Below, one piece after another: positions 29,913 through 42,000 of a stretch of 64,000 nt of DNA. Every line of letters starts with the position of its first letter. The stretch's first letter is position 1. Location of the stretch: positions 4,064,001 through 4,128,000 of the forward strand of contig OY970067.1 in NCBI GenBank assembly GCA_963705305.1. The letters are read 5' to 3'. The notes beneath the pieces were generated by a model. It had not been told where the DNA came from. It did not search any database and saw only the letters and a program-made list of their open reading frames with translations. The stretch comes from an uncultured Methylomirabilota bacterium (GTDB lineage Bacteria; Methylomirabilota; Methylomirabilia; Methylomirabilales; 2-02-FULL-66-22). The translations under genes were made by a program, and so were the position numbers.

Positions 29913-30124
29913 ATGGGAAGCTTGCCGGTGTCTACTACCTGGATGCCGTGCGCGCCCTCGAAAGAGCCGGTTTCCGCATAGCCCGACAAGGCAAACACAT
30001 CGTCATGACTGACGGTGTTCGTATTTTAACCATCCCCCGTCACAATCCTGTCAACGCCTTCACCATGGGCGGTATCGTAAGGGACGCCGCCCTGACGATC
30101 GAAGCGTTCAAGGTGCTCCTCTAA
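29913..30124 (+). pseudogene. hicA: HicA-family toxin with its start codon out of frame
   Basis: VRALERAGFRIARQGKHIVM...IPRH. The ATG at 29913 is one base out of frame with the coding body. Confidence 0.75.
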
Positions 30125-30233
30125 CCCTCCTTTCTTTTCAATCAACCCATTCTGTGCTCCGCCTTCGCGCCATCCGAAAGGGTTGCCTGATGCCTTTCAG
30201 ATTTGGTTATTGCGCGCCAGCGCATAAACCAGT

Positions 30234-30267
30234 TGTGACCTTACCTGCCACACGCCCCGGGTATGCT
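30234..30267 (+). promoter_or_regulatory. Conserved palindromic box + -10 (copy 5)
   Basis: TGTGAC-CTTACCT-GCCACA-N9-TATGCT; box is 18/19 identical to copy 2. Confidence 0.7.
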
Positions 30268-30289
30268 CCTCTCGCGCGCACTTCCGGTA

Positions 30290-30387
30290 CGCCGCAGCGA
30301 GCGCGCGAGCGCGCGGGTACCCAGCCGAAGGTTGGGCACCCATCAGATGGGTGCCCGGCAGATGGGCCTTTTTCAGCAGCCTGTTAG
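30290..30387. mobile_element. Partial MITE-like element
   Basis: Ends GCAGATGGGCCTTTTTCAGCAGCCTG, as in 11770-11922, with internal hairpins. Confidence 0.6.
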
Positions 30388-30459
30388 GCCTTGCGGATGA
30401 ATGGGCTTGAGCTGGGCCGTCTTGACTGGTATGATCTATTCATACCGAGGAGGGATGCC

Positions 30460-30693
30460 ATGGGTACCGCAGTCAAAAAGACGATCTCGCTGCCGCCGGA
30501 GCTGGCCCGGGAGGCACAGGAACTGGCCCGCGAGCAAGGGCGGACGCTCAGCGCCGTGATCCAGGATGCCCTGCGCCTTGCGGCCCGCGAGCGGCTCCGG
30601 ACGGAATTCGCCAAGGCGCAGGGATACTGGAGCAAGCGCGCGCGCGAGAAGGGGATTCTGACCGAGAAGGCCCTGGAGAAATACCTCGGATGA
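30460..30693 (+). CDS. CopG/ribbon-helix-helix antitoxin
   Basis: KKTISLPPELA...SAVIQDAL. Upstream palindrome GGTATGA-N5-TCATACC (30428-30446). Confidence 0.8.
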   Translation: MGTAVKKTISLPPELAREAQELAREQGRTLSAVIQDALRLAARERLRTEFAKAQGYWSKRAREKGILTEKALEKYLG

Positions 30694-31091
30694 GGGTGGT
30701 CTTCGACACCAATATCTTCGTCTCCGCCCTGGTGTTCCCCGGGGGGCGTGCCGACGCGGCGCTCCAGCGCATCTTGAGCGGAGAGGACACCCTCATCATC
30801 TCCCCGGCCATCATCGACGAGGTCTTGGCGGTGTTGGCGGGGAAGTTCGGTCGAGATGCGGAGGAGTTGAGTCGGGTCGCCGTGCTCCTGGCCGAGGCGG
30901 CGGATCTGGTGAAACCGCGGAAGCGCCTGACCATTCTGGCCGACAAGCCGGACAATCGCATCCTCGAATGCGCGCTGGCCGGGACGGCGGATGGTGTCGT
31001 GACCGGCGACAAGGCTATGCTGCTCCTGGAATCATTTCAGGGCATCGCGATCATGTCGCTGGATGCCTATCTGAGGACACGTCGTCTGTAG
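30690..31091 (+). CDS. PIN-family toxin
   Basis: RVVFDTNIFVSAL, DKPDNRILECA and VTGDK; ATGA overlap. Confidence 0.9.
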   Translation: MRVVFDTNIFVSALVFPGGRADAALQRILSGEDTLIISPAIIDEVLAVLAGKFGRDAEELSRVAVLLAEAADLVKPRKRLTILADKPDNRILECALAGTADGVVTGDKAMLLLESFQGIAIMSLDAYLRTRRL

Positions 31092-31369
31092 GGGCTTTAC
31101 GCCTACTGCCGGGAGCTCAAGGACCAGGGCTACGACGGGCACCAGAGAAAGCAGATGATCTACGGCAGCTACCGGTGGACCAGCGGGAGAGGGAAGCCAT
31201 CAGAGGAGCCGATGACGGAGCGATAGCGCCGGATTGCAGTTGCGCAAGGGATGCGCCGGCCGTTGCCTCGGCAAGCGTCGGCGACGGGCGTTGGTGAACG
31301 AAGTGAATATCCTGGAGGGGTACCCGGCGATCAAGATCGTGGCCCCACCCGAGGTGTGAGGAGGTCGGC

Positions 31370-31567
31370 ATGATATTCGATTACCTGACCGCCGCGACGC
31401 GGGCCGGTATTCTTTCCCAGGATCTGGATCGGCTCGTCACCCTGACTCGTGCGGAGTTCCCCGGAGACGAGATGATGGTGGAGCTTCATGTCCTCCGGGC
31501 CGTCCAGGCGGTGGAGCGGGGGGATGTCACTCTGCCGGAGGTTCTCCGTCCCCGGGCCGCCGCGTGA
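31370..31567 (+). CDS. Small hypothetical protein
   Basis: 65 aa with a GAGGAGGT RBS. Confidence 0.6.
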   Translation: MIFDYLTAATRAGILSQDLDRLVTLTRAEFPGDEMMVELHVLRAVQAVERGDVTLPEVLRPRAAA

Positions 31568-31689
31568 CCTGTCCCGACTGCCGCGGCATGCGGCTCTCCT
31601 GGAGCCTGGTCCGGCCACTTTACGTTTGGCCATTCCGCATTCCACAATCCGCATTGTCGTTTTTGTGATCTCATACGGTCAAACAGGCC

Positions 31690-31886
31690 ATGCTGGCCCG
31701 CGACATCCGCCGTACGCCTTTAGGGAACAGGGCCTTGCGATGCTTTCAAGCGTTTTGAACAGCCCCAAGGCCAACCGGCAGCTCATGGCCCCGCCTGAGA
31801 AGGCGCGGCGCTCCATCGGCTTCCGGGTCGAGGACGCGCGGCCGCCCTACCGCGTGCGGCGCCCGGGGCGCCGAGCCCGCGTGTGA
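31690..31886 (+). pseudogene. ORF6N-domain protein remnant
   Basis: PYAFREQGLAMLSSVLNS joined directly to the C-terminal RQLMAPP...IGF. Confidence 0.7.
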
Positions 31887-32285
31887 ACGTTCCCCTTTCC
31901 TCCGTGTCCCCGCCCCTTCGTCCGCTTTCCTTGATGCTTGCCTCCTGGGGCCACCTTTGGTAGAAGGGTAGTATGCCCTGAGAGTCCATTCCTGGGAGTC
32001 AAACCGCGGTTCCGGAGACTCTCTCATTGGCGCCAGACGAGAGGAAGAGGCGGAGCAACGAGCGGAAGTTTGGCGCATTGTAAGAGCTCCCGGGCGGCGC
32101 AAGACGGTATTGGTACGAAGTCGCAGGTCGTGGGGGATGGCGAGCCCGGTATGTGAAAGAGGTAGATTCGGACGAAACGGTGGTGCGGTTCTGGCAAGCG
32201 ATCTATAATCAAAGCGGAATCCTGGTGGAGTGACACGACAAGTACCCCGTGGATCGAGGGCACGAGGGGGTAAGGGAGTAGGGCA

Positions 32286-32552
32286 ATGATCATCACACGA
32301 GAGATGGTCGCAGAGCGACTTTCTGCCTACCTGCACGGCCGAGAGAAGCTGACGGAAATCGTCTCCTGGGCAGAGGAGGCCATGCGGGAGGAGGAGTTTG
32401 CGGAGCCGGATTTCACGGTCATCCGGGATGTGGTTGCTCGGCTCGGCCTGGCGGATGTAGCGGCCTTCGGCCTGACCTGGGAGGATGCCGTGGAAATGCT
32501 GTCGCGGCTCGGCTACCGGGCGACCGTGGAAGTGCAAGCGCTCGGAAGGTAA
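32286..32552 (+). CDS. Small hypothetical protein
   Basis: 88 aa, GGGAG RBS, helical pattern. Confidence 0.7.
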   Translation: MIITREMVAERLSAYLHGREKLTEIVSWAEEAMREEEFAEPDFTVIRDVVARLGLADVAAFGLTWEDAVEMLSRLGYRATVEVQALGR

Positions 32553-32579
32553 GCGATCGGATCCTCTCGCCGGTCTGCC

Positions 32580-32960
32580 CCCCCGTCATCATCCGCTCTC
32601 CTTTGCGTCCATGGCGGCTTTGCGTGAGAAGAACTCCGAGTCTCACGCCAAGATCGCCAAGACAGACCTTCTTCAAATTTCGAACTTCGAGCTTCGAATT
32701 TATCCAGCACCCCCTCACCCCAGCGCCTCTTCGCCCCCTTGACCCGAGGAGCGCGTTGGTGCTATAAACGTTCAATTCTTTGTAATCTACACGGCTCGTT
32801 TGCGCCAGGCTGGAGGCTGACCCCTGGAAAGTGAAAACGGTGATCTTGGCGAGGGATCAGGTTCGAAATTTCCCTCACGCAAAGCCGCCAAGGCCGCAAA
32901 GTAGAGCGGGGTAGGGGGAGACGCGGCGACACGGGGAAACGGAGGTGGAGGAGGGACGGC
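32580..32960. repeat. Cluster of short 7-9-nt tandem/inverted repeats
   Basis: CTTTGCGTGAGA...TCTCACGCCAAG, TTCGAAC/TTCGAGC and CGCAAAG/CGCCAAG runs. Confidence 0.5.
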
Positions 32961-33208
32961 CGCCGTACGGGATGCCTCAGCGGGTCGGGCTGGGACGGTG
33001 AAAGCAAATTATCAAAGCCTGACCCCTGGCGATGTGGAGTAAGGAGAATAAAGAAGCAACGTCCCCTAAGTGGGGCGGGGGAGCGGCGGATGGCAGTGGG
33101 GCAACGGATAAGAGGAGATACGGAAACTGAGCATTGATTGCGCCTTCAGCGTGAGGCTCAGAGGTTTTTCCGATCGCTGACCGCTGATCTCTGACCGCTG
33201 ATCTCTGA

Positions 33209-34339
<1,131 letters not shown>

Positions 34340-34659
34340 AATGGCTCTTGACATTCAAGACAGTCGCTGACTCCTGGCCTCTGGCTGCTGACCCCTGACC
34401 TCTGTCTTTCCCGGAGGAGAGAACGGTGGAGGAGCCGGAAGAACGTCGGCGTCACCACTCCGAACGTCACTCCGCATTCGAGCCGATGCCGGGACATTCG
34501 TAGCCGATCCGACCGCCGATTCTCATCTGAGGATCGGCGTTTGTCTTCTCACTGACAGGAGTCGCCTCTCCGTGGCGCGAGCAGGCCCCCAAGACTCCGA
34601 GTGGCGCACTCGCAAGCGCCTGATCGACCCCAGACTGCGTGCTGCCGGCTGGCGTTCTG

Positions 34660-34682
34660 GGGGACGTTGTTGACTCAGTGGA
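34660..34682 (+). repeat. 23-bp direct repeat (partner 37495-37517)
   Basis: GGGGACGTTGTTGACTCAGTGGA, exact in both places. Confidence 0.85.
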
Positions 34683-34803
34683 CTTACCCATTCGAAGCCG
34701 CCCCAAGAGGCAGTCTGGCTCTGGTGAGAAGGGGACCCGGCCGTTTCTGCGGTGTCAAGGTAAATCCCTCCCTTCGATGCCGCGCCCCGCTGGCACCGCT
34801 GGT

Positions 34804-36834
34804 GTGCGGTCCGAACCGAAAAAAGGTACCGGACGGTATGCCGTGGATACTCTGGAACTCGCCGGTGGAAGTCCGGCCCCGGGAGCGGGCAGCGCGCCCG
34901 GGTAGCTCGAGGGAGGTGCGAGGGGTAACCCAAGGCATCGAGTTCCCTGACGAGCGCGTCCGACGGACGTGCGCAACCTCGCAGGCCGTAGCGTGCAGCG
35001 AACCCAGGGGTAGCCTCGTTAACTTCAGTGAGGGCGTCGACTCCGTTGTCCGGGGAGGAAGACCGGTGCTTGGGTGACCACCGCGGCTGTCGGGTCATCT
35101 GAGGCCCTCCGGGGTAGCAGGGATGGCATGCGGGGACAGCTTCAGAGGGCACCACGGGAGAGCCTGGCCAGTGGCCCACAGGAGGCCAACCGGGGCGTAT
35201 AAGGCACCGCCGAAGTCGCCGCCGGGCTGCCCAGGCAGTCGGAGCGGCCCACAGTACCGCCAGCACCCGACGGACAACACAACCGTTGGGGAGGGAAGGG
35301 GCCGTGCTCTCACCACGCTTCCCACGGCGGGACGCGAGGAGGATTGCTGTGAGGCTTGAACCTCCAGAAGCAGTGCGCACCCTCCAGCGGAAGCTTTACT
35401 GCAAGGCCAAGTCGGAGCCCACCTTCCGGTTCTACCTCCTCTACGACAAGGTCTATCGGGCGGACCTCCTGGGTCACGCCTGGGCCTTGGTGCGCGCGAA
35501 CGGGGGCGCCGCCGGTGTGGATGGCGTCACCATCGCCGCCGTCGAGGCGGACGGGGTCGGTCCGTTCCTCGCGCGTCTGGCCGAGGAACTCCGGACGCAC
35601 ACCTACCGAACCGATCCCATCCGGCGTGTAATGATCCCCAAGCGGAAGGGCGGGGAGCGGCCCCTCGGCATCCCCACCGTGCGGGACCGAGTAGTCCAAG
35701 CGGCCACCGTCTTGGTCCTGGAGCCGATCTTCGAGGCGGACTTCCAGCCGTGCTCCTACGGCTTCCGGCCGAAGAAGGACGCGCACCAGGCCCTGGCGGA
35801 GATCTCCCGCACGCTCGCGCAGGGCTACACGCAGGTGCTCGACGCCGACCTCACGGCCTACTTCGACTCGATTCCGCACGGCCAACTCCTGGCGGCGGTG
35901 GCGCGCCGCGTGACGGACCGGGCCATCCTCCGGCTCTGCACGCAGTGGCTTCGCGCCCCGGTGGTGGTCGAGCGGGACGACGGGAAGCGGGAGACGCGAG
36001 GCGGCAAGCGGACTCGCCGCGGGACGCCACAGGGTGGGGTGATCTCCCCGCTGCTCGCGAACGTGTACCTCCACGCCTTCGATAGGGCGTGGCGAGCGGG
36101 CGGGCTGGAGCGTCGCTGGCAGGCCCGGCTCATCCGGTACGCCGATGACTTCGTGGTGTGCTGTCGGGCGAAGGCGGCCCAGGTGCAGGCGGTCGTGGCG
36201 GAGCAGCTCCAGGCGCTCGGGCTGACGCTGAATCCGGCGAAGACCCGATGCCTGGATGCGCACCAGCAGGCCTTCACCTTCCTCGGGTTCACGGTGCGGC
36301 TCGTGCGGAGCCCACGGACAGGGCGCCTGTTTCCTCTGATCCGTCCCTCCGCCGCTGCCCGCCAGCAGCTCCGGGACCGGGTAAAGGCCCTCACCGGCCG
36401 CGACCACCTGGCGCTGCCGACCCCGACGCTCATCACGGCGGTCAATCAGGTCGTCCGCGGATGGGCGGGGTACTTCCATTTCCAACACTGCACGCGCGAC
36501 TTCAGCGCTCTACGGTGGTTCATCGAGGAACGGGTCCGGACGTACCTGCGGCGCAAGCACCGCCATCGGACGCGAGCGTACCAGGCGCTCCCGTGCACTG
36601 TGCTCTACGGGCGTCTGGGGCTCTACCGGTTGCCCGTGCGGGCGCCCTGGACCCCTCCGACGCATGCCGGGCGGTGAAGGTGACCGGAGAGCCGGATGCG
36701 GGCAAACCGCACGTCCGGTTCGATGAGGGGGCGCTGGGGCTCGAGCAGGGTCGGGCTCGTGAGGCACCGCCAGACGAAAGGGGCGGGAACAGCTAGGCGC
36801 GACCTACCCTCGAATAGCCAGTGCTCTACTCTAC
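34804..36834 (+). mobile_element. Group II intron
   Basis: 5' GTGCG; domain V GAGCCGGATGCGGGCAAACCGCACGTCCGGTTCGATGAGGGG near 36688; 3' CTACTCTAC. Confidence 0.85.
35349..36677 (+). CDS. ltrA: Group II intron reverse transcriptase/maturase, no endonuclease domain
   Basis: GAAGVDG, RPLGIPTVRDR, SYGFRP, GTPQGGVISPLLAN, RYADD, FLGF and RGWAGYF. Confidence 0.95.
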   Translation: MRLEPPEAVRTLQRKLYCKAKSEPTFRFYLLYDKVYRADLLGHAWALVRANGGAAGVDGVTIAAVEADGVGPFLARLAEELRTHTYRTDPIRRVMIPKRKGGERPLGIPTVRDRVVQAATVLVLEPIFEADFQPCSYGFRPKKDAHQALAEISRTLAQGYTQVLDADLTAYFDSIPHGQLLAAVARRVTDRAILRLCTQWLRAPVVVERDDGKRETRGGKRTRRGTPQGGVISPLLANVYLHAFDRAWRAGGLERRWQARLIRYADDFVVCCRAKAAQVQAVVAEQLQALGLTLNPAKTRCLDAHQQAFTFLGFTVRLVRSPRTGRLFPLIRPSAAARQQLRDRVKALTGRDHLALPTPTLITAVNQVVRGWAGYFHFQHCTRDFSALRWFIEERVRTYLRRKHRHRTRAYQALPCTVLYGRLGLYRLPVRAPWTPPTHAGR

Positions 36835-36940
36835 CCTATTGCCGCGTGACCAATTGATTTCCCTGGGAGCGACCACCACATTCTTTTCACGCGAAGCCAG
36901 GAGAACGGCCCGGCCGATCATGGGCGAGGGAGGTTGATCA

Positions 36941-37477
36941 GTGTCTCGTCCGCAGGGGTTCCGCGTGTGCTGTCCGAAGAGGCCTGAGTGGGGGCTGGGG
37001 CATGTCCTGTCTGACGATGGCGGGGCGAAGGTCACCGTCTTCTTCCTGGGCGGCGGGAAGAAAACGCTCGATACGACCATCGCCGAGCTGGACCTGGTGA
37101 CCGGCGAGGCGGCCAACAACCCCATCCTGGATGTGGCCGGGCAAGTCACCTGGCGGCACGCCCACCACAATCTCTACGTGATCGAGCTGCGGCCGGAGAT
37201 CTTCGAGCGGGAGCGTAGGTTCTCCGAGGCGAATCCCCGCTGGGTGCCGGGGAAAGTGTGCGTGTACGTGGGAATGACCGGCCTACCCCCGGCGGAGCGG
37301 TTCCAGAAGCACCTGCAGGGGGAGAGGGACGCCCGGTTCGTCCACAAGTACGGCCGGCGCCTCCTGCCGGAGTTGTACCGACACTTCAATCCCATACCGC
37401 ACGACCTCGCCCGGGTCATGGAGCCCGAATTGGCCCGGCAGCTCCGAGAGCAAGGCCACGGCGTCTGGCAGAACTAG
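36941..37477 (+). CDS. DUF3553-like SH3/Tudor domain fused to a GIY-YIG-like domain
   Basis: PKRPEWGLGHV...VTVFF..GGKK, then LYVIEL...VYVGMTG...ERFQKH...E. Confidence 0.65.
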   Translation: MSRPQGFRVCCPKRPEWGLGHVLSDDGGAKVTVFFLGGGKKTLDTTIAELDLVTGEAANNPILDVAGQVTWRHAHHNLYVIELRPEIFERERRFSEANPRWVPGKVCVYVGMTGLPPAERFQKHLQGERDARFVHKYGRRLLPELYRHFNPIPHDLARVMEPELARQLREQGHGVWQN

Positions 37478-37494
37478 GCCCCCCTTGTACGCGT

Positions 37495-37517
37495 GGGGAC
37501 GTTGTTGACTCAGTGGA
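37495..37517 (+). repeat. 23-bp direct repeat, second copy
   Basis: Same sequence as 34660-34682. Confidence 0.85.
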
Positions 37518-37701
37518 ATTGTCATCTTGGGGCGAGGCGTCGCTCGAGAACTTGGATTGTGCCTCGCGGGCATTGAATGCCTGTGGTACAAAGGGGAGTC
37601 AGGCCTTGAACTCCCGCCCGCCGTCTGGTAGAAGCAGAGACGGGTGGGGACAGGGGGGGCGCCGCGGCCACTGGTGCCGCGGACATGGAGGGCACGGTCC
37701 G

Positions 37702-38760
37702 GTGCGCGATCCCGCCGTTCCACTCGAATGCCCCACCCACCTTGGACGAACCGTTCCTGAATTCATCTCCCCTCTTTTCCTGGCGCTCCTCTTGCTTCTC
37801 CTCGGGGTCTCGCAGGCCGAGGCGGCCTACCGGCTGACCTTCCAGAACGGGACCAGCATCGTGGTTCCGGGATACGACGATCTCGGCGACGCCATCCGCT
37901 ACCCGCGGTTCGGCGGAATGGTCACCGTCCCGAAGGCGTCGGTCGCGACCATCGTCGAGCTGCCTCCTGCGCCGACCCCTCCCGCCCCCCAAACGTCCTC
38001 TCCCCCGGCATCCCCTCCTGTTCCGACGGCCCCTCCGCGAGTTGAGCGGCCCGCGGGGATGCCGTGGACCGCACCGCAATTCGCGCTGCCCCAGCCCCCA
38101 GTGCTCACGCTCCCGTGGCGTCGGGTGGGAGATAGCCCCGCGGTCGTCGAAACGAGCCGTCTCCTCAGTGGGGTTGCCCTGCTGGTCGCCCTCATCGCCG
38201 TCGTGGTGTTCGCCCTCTGCACGACGAAGTGGTCGAGGGAGAATCGGACAGGCGACGCCGGAACCACCCGTATGGGGCCGGGGCGGGGGAAGAAGCCTCT
38301 CGGGGTCGTCCTGGTCGGGATTTACGACGCCGTGTTTGGGCTGATGATGATAGGGACCGGCCTGACGGGGGCGATGGTCGGCCAGATGCTTGCCGAAATT
38401 CCGGTCTTCCTGCTGTCCACGTCCGACCCGATTGCCGTCATGGCGCTCTCGCTCGCCCTGGCAACGTTCGGCGCGGTAGCGCTGGCGGCAGCCTACGGCA
38501 TGTGGAGCCTCCAGACATGGGGCTGGCGCCTGCAGGCAATCGTGTGTCTTCTGGACCTCGCAGTGAGCTGGTTCAGCCTCTGGGTCAGCCCGCCGTCCGC
38601 GGGGAGCTTGCTCGCCATCGCCGGACTCTTCCTGGACAGCGCGGTGCTCATCTACATCAGCTTCCCGAGCGTTCAGAGACTCTACCCGGCTGACGGGTAT
38701 CCGGGGGATGACGGTCTCGCGCCAACAAGCGAGGAGGAGCCGCGCACGCCCTCATTGTGA
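37702..38760 (+). CDS. Multi-pass membrane protein
   Basis: Signal-like segment, Pro-rich linker and about 5 hydrophobic helices. Start uncertain. Confidence 0.6.
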   Translation: MRDPAVPLECPTHLGRTVPEFISPLFLALLLLLLGVSQAEAAYRLTFQNGTSIVVPGYDDLGDAIRYPRFGGMVTVPKASVATIVELPPAPTPPAPQTSSPPASPPVPTAPPRVERPAGMPWTAPQFALPQPPVLTLPWRRVGDSPAVVETSRLLSGVALLVALIAVVVFALCTTKWSRENRTGDAGTTRMGPGRGKKPLGVVLVGIYDAVFGLMMIGTGLTGAMVGQMLAEIPVFLLSTSDPIAVMALSLALATFGAVALAAAYGMWSLQTWGWRLQAIVCLLDLAVSWFSLWVSPPSAGSLLAIAGLFLDSAVLIYISFPSVQRLYPADGYPGDDGLAPTSEEEPRTPSL

Positions 38761-39045
38761 GACCTTGTCTTTCCAAGATGTCTGATGAATAAGGCGGAAG
38801 GGATACATGTGCCAAGCTCGAAATTATTACAGTTAGCCTTGAACCGAAAAACTTTAACCGCCATGACGCCAAGGTCTCATACTCCACGGAGCTCGGCTGG
38901 CGTAACTCCATGCTCCGGAACGATCCCTCGGGGGGGCTTGACGCGGCTCCAGTCGCCGGGTGTTCCGCCCGTTCCAGCTATGCCATTCCGGGTACCCAAC
39001 GCGAGCGTTGGGTGTCCTTGGTGGTGAGATATTTTCGGCACGGGG

Positions 39046-42000
39046 TTATGTTTGGCGGGGCAGGCGCGCCATCGCCCCCGCCAGCGGGAAGTGAATCCAG
39101 CTCTCGCGGACCGTGGCCTCCTGTGAGGCCAGGGCCGCTCGGTACGCCCCCAGTTGGCCCGCATAGGTCGCAGCCTTCTGCGCGCACTGGGTCCTGGCCA
39201 CCGGCCCGCATTTGTGGTCAACGACGACCAGCGTAGCGTCAGGCAGGTGAAGGACCAGGTCGGCACTGCCCACCCACTGTCCGCCTGCCCCCCGCGGTGC
39301 CGTGAGCGGCACCTCCGTGTGCCATGCCGCGCCCGGATAGCGCCCCGCCACCCAGTCCCGCAACCGGTCGCCCATCTCGACGAGGATCGTCGGCGTCAGA
39401 AGCTCTTCTACCCCGAATCCCCGCAGGCAGCGGGCCGCGATGGCGAGCCGGCGAGCGGGGGGCAGATCGACCATGGAGGGGAGCGCCGTGAGGTAGGCGT
39501 GAACGGCCTGCCCCAGGGCCGCCTCCTGGGCCTCGGGGACCTTCGGGAACACCGGCTGGCCGGGGAGGAGCTCGACGGCGACCGCCGCCTCGGGGACGGG
39601 GGCCTCGACAGCGCTCGGGCTGTGGCCCTCGACCGAGCTCGGGCTGTAGTAGCGCGGGATGTGCTCGACGGATCCGGCGGAGTCGCCGAGTGCCGCCAGC
39701 CACCGCTGCCGGAGATCGGCCGGCGAGCCTGATCCATCCTCCGGCGGGGGCTCGAGTCGGCGGAGGACATACGTGGTTTCCAGGCCCTCCAGGGGATGCT
39801 CGCCGTCCGGCCCGATCGGCGGCAAGAGCGCATCGACATCCGGGAGGGAGGCCAGCCAGGCGTACCGGCCCTCCCGGTGGGCGAGGACCAGGGTCTCCTT
39901 CGCCCGGGTGAACCCGACGTAGAGGAGGCGATTCGATTCGGCCTCGGCGCGGGCGGCGGCTTCCTGCCCCTCAGGGGCGTTGAGGACGCGGTCGTCCAGA
40001 TCCGTCCCGGCGGAGCGGCTGCCGAAGGGCCAGGGCCAGTACCGGATGATCCGGCCTGCCAGCGGATCGTCCGCCGCCGGATCGCCCCCACCCACCCGCA
40101 CCTTCCACATGTCCGGGTCGCGCTCCGCCTCCAGCCCCGACAGGACCACCACCGGCCACTCGAGTCCCTTGGCGCTGTGGTAGGTGAGGATGGTCACCGC
40201 GTCGATCCCATAGGGTGCCCGTGTGAGATCGGCCTCATCGTCGGACAGCCTGATGAAGTGGGCCACCAGGCCGGGGAGGGTGGCCGCCGAGCCGAGTACC
40301 TGCATCTCCTGCTCGTAGGCCTGGGCCAAGCGCACCAGGGCGTCCAGGTTGGCCAACCGCTGCGCGGGATTCCCCCAGGACCGGAGGCGATCGCCGACCC
40401 GGAGGGCGTCCAGCACGCGCTGGAGGGCGACCGTGGGGGGGAGCGTCCGGTGGTCGATGGCCTCCAGGGGCGCCAGGGCCGGATGGTCCGCCCAGGGGCG
40501 GGCGGAGGCAGCCTGACTCTCTTCGGCGGCGCGGAGGGCTCGGAGCCGCTCGGCGAGCCAGGCGGGCGTCTCCGCGGCGGGATCCTCCAGCAGATGGAGG
40601 ATGGTCGCGGCGGCGAGGCTATCGCCGCGGTCCACCGTCAGCTGAAGCCCGGCCAGGGTGAGCGCCCCCTCGCGGGTGGCGAGCAGACCGGGGAGCTCGA
40701 GGAGGGCGGGGAGACCCAACGCCCGGCAGGCTTCGCCGATCCGCTGCGCCTGGGAATTCGTCCGGGTGAGGATGGCAACGTCCCGGAGCAACCGCCCCTC
40801 ATCCCGGAGGGTCCGGACGCCTGCGGCGAGCGCGCGTGCCTCCTCCTTGACATTCGTTCCCCCCAGGATCCAGCGCTCCACCCCCCGCGGCTTGCCGGGC
40901 TTGTCGGGGACGAGCATGGCCTCCTCGCCGAAGAGGGGGCGGAACAGGCGCCCGACGAGCCGGACCAGCCCGGCCTGGCTCCGGTAGTTGTTCGGGAGGC
41001 GATCACGCGCCGTCTCGGGGACCGCACCCCAGACGGCCCGGATGAGCTCGGGGTCCGTCCCCCGGAACCCGAAGATCGACTGCTTGGCGTCTCCCACCCA
41101 GTAGCTCTGGTCGGCGAGCGCGCGAAGCCGCTGGAAGATGGCGAGCTGGAGCGGATTGGTGTCGTGGAACTCGTCCACGACCACCAGCGCAAAGTCCATC
41201 GCCACGCTGGCGGCGAGGGCGGGTGTCTCGAGGAGGCGGAGGAGCCACACCTCGAGGTCGGTGAAGTCGAGGAGGCCGCGCTCCCGCTTGTAGGCGGCGT
41301 ACTCGTGCTCCAGGGCGAGGGTCCGCTCGGCCAGGCGATCGAGGAGCTCGCCGATGTCCTGGTGGAGCGAGCGCCAGGTGAGGACGCCTGCGGCCTCGGC
41401 GCGGAGCGGCGCCAGGGCGGCGTCGGCCCCGGAGGTCTTCCCGGCCTTGATGCCCGCCGCCCAGCAGACATCCGCCCAGGCCCCCGACCGCGCAGCCAGG
41501 ATCCGGGCGAGCTGCCTCCGGGCGTCGCGGGTTGTCTTGGTGTCGTCCTTCAGACCGTCGATCCGGTCGAGGACCGCGGCGATCCGGGAATAGAAAGCGT
41601 CGAAGGCGAGGCCGGGCTCCGCCCGCCCGCCGGGTGCCATGAGGGTGCAGAGCCGCGTGCCGCCGGCCCGGAGCTGGGCCCGGAAGGCCCCATCTCCGAT
41701 CCGGTTCCCCCGCTTGGCATCGAGGAGGCCGAGGACGAGCGCCTGGGGAGAGCCGAGAGAGAGGCGTCCGGTGAGGGCGGCCAGCGCCACCCAGGGGTCG
41801 GCCTGCATCCGGCCGAGAAGATCGTGCAGGGCCCGGGTGCTCCCCGTCTCCTCCAGGACGGCGAGGCGCGGCGAGAAGCCCAGCGGCAGGGCATAACGGG
41901 CAAGGAGCTGGTGACCCACGCTGTGGACGGTCCCGATGGAGGCCAGCTCCAGGCGTTCGGCCGCCGCGGTGCGCTCGCGGCTGCCAAGGCCTGGATGGGT

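Noticed and set aside
35349..36677. Retron, DGR or defence RT
   Set aside because: The RT0 and maturase motifs plus domain V/VI and GTGCG...AC boundaries identify a group II intron.
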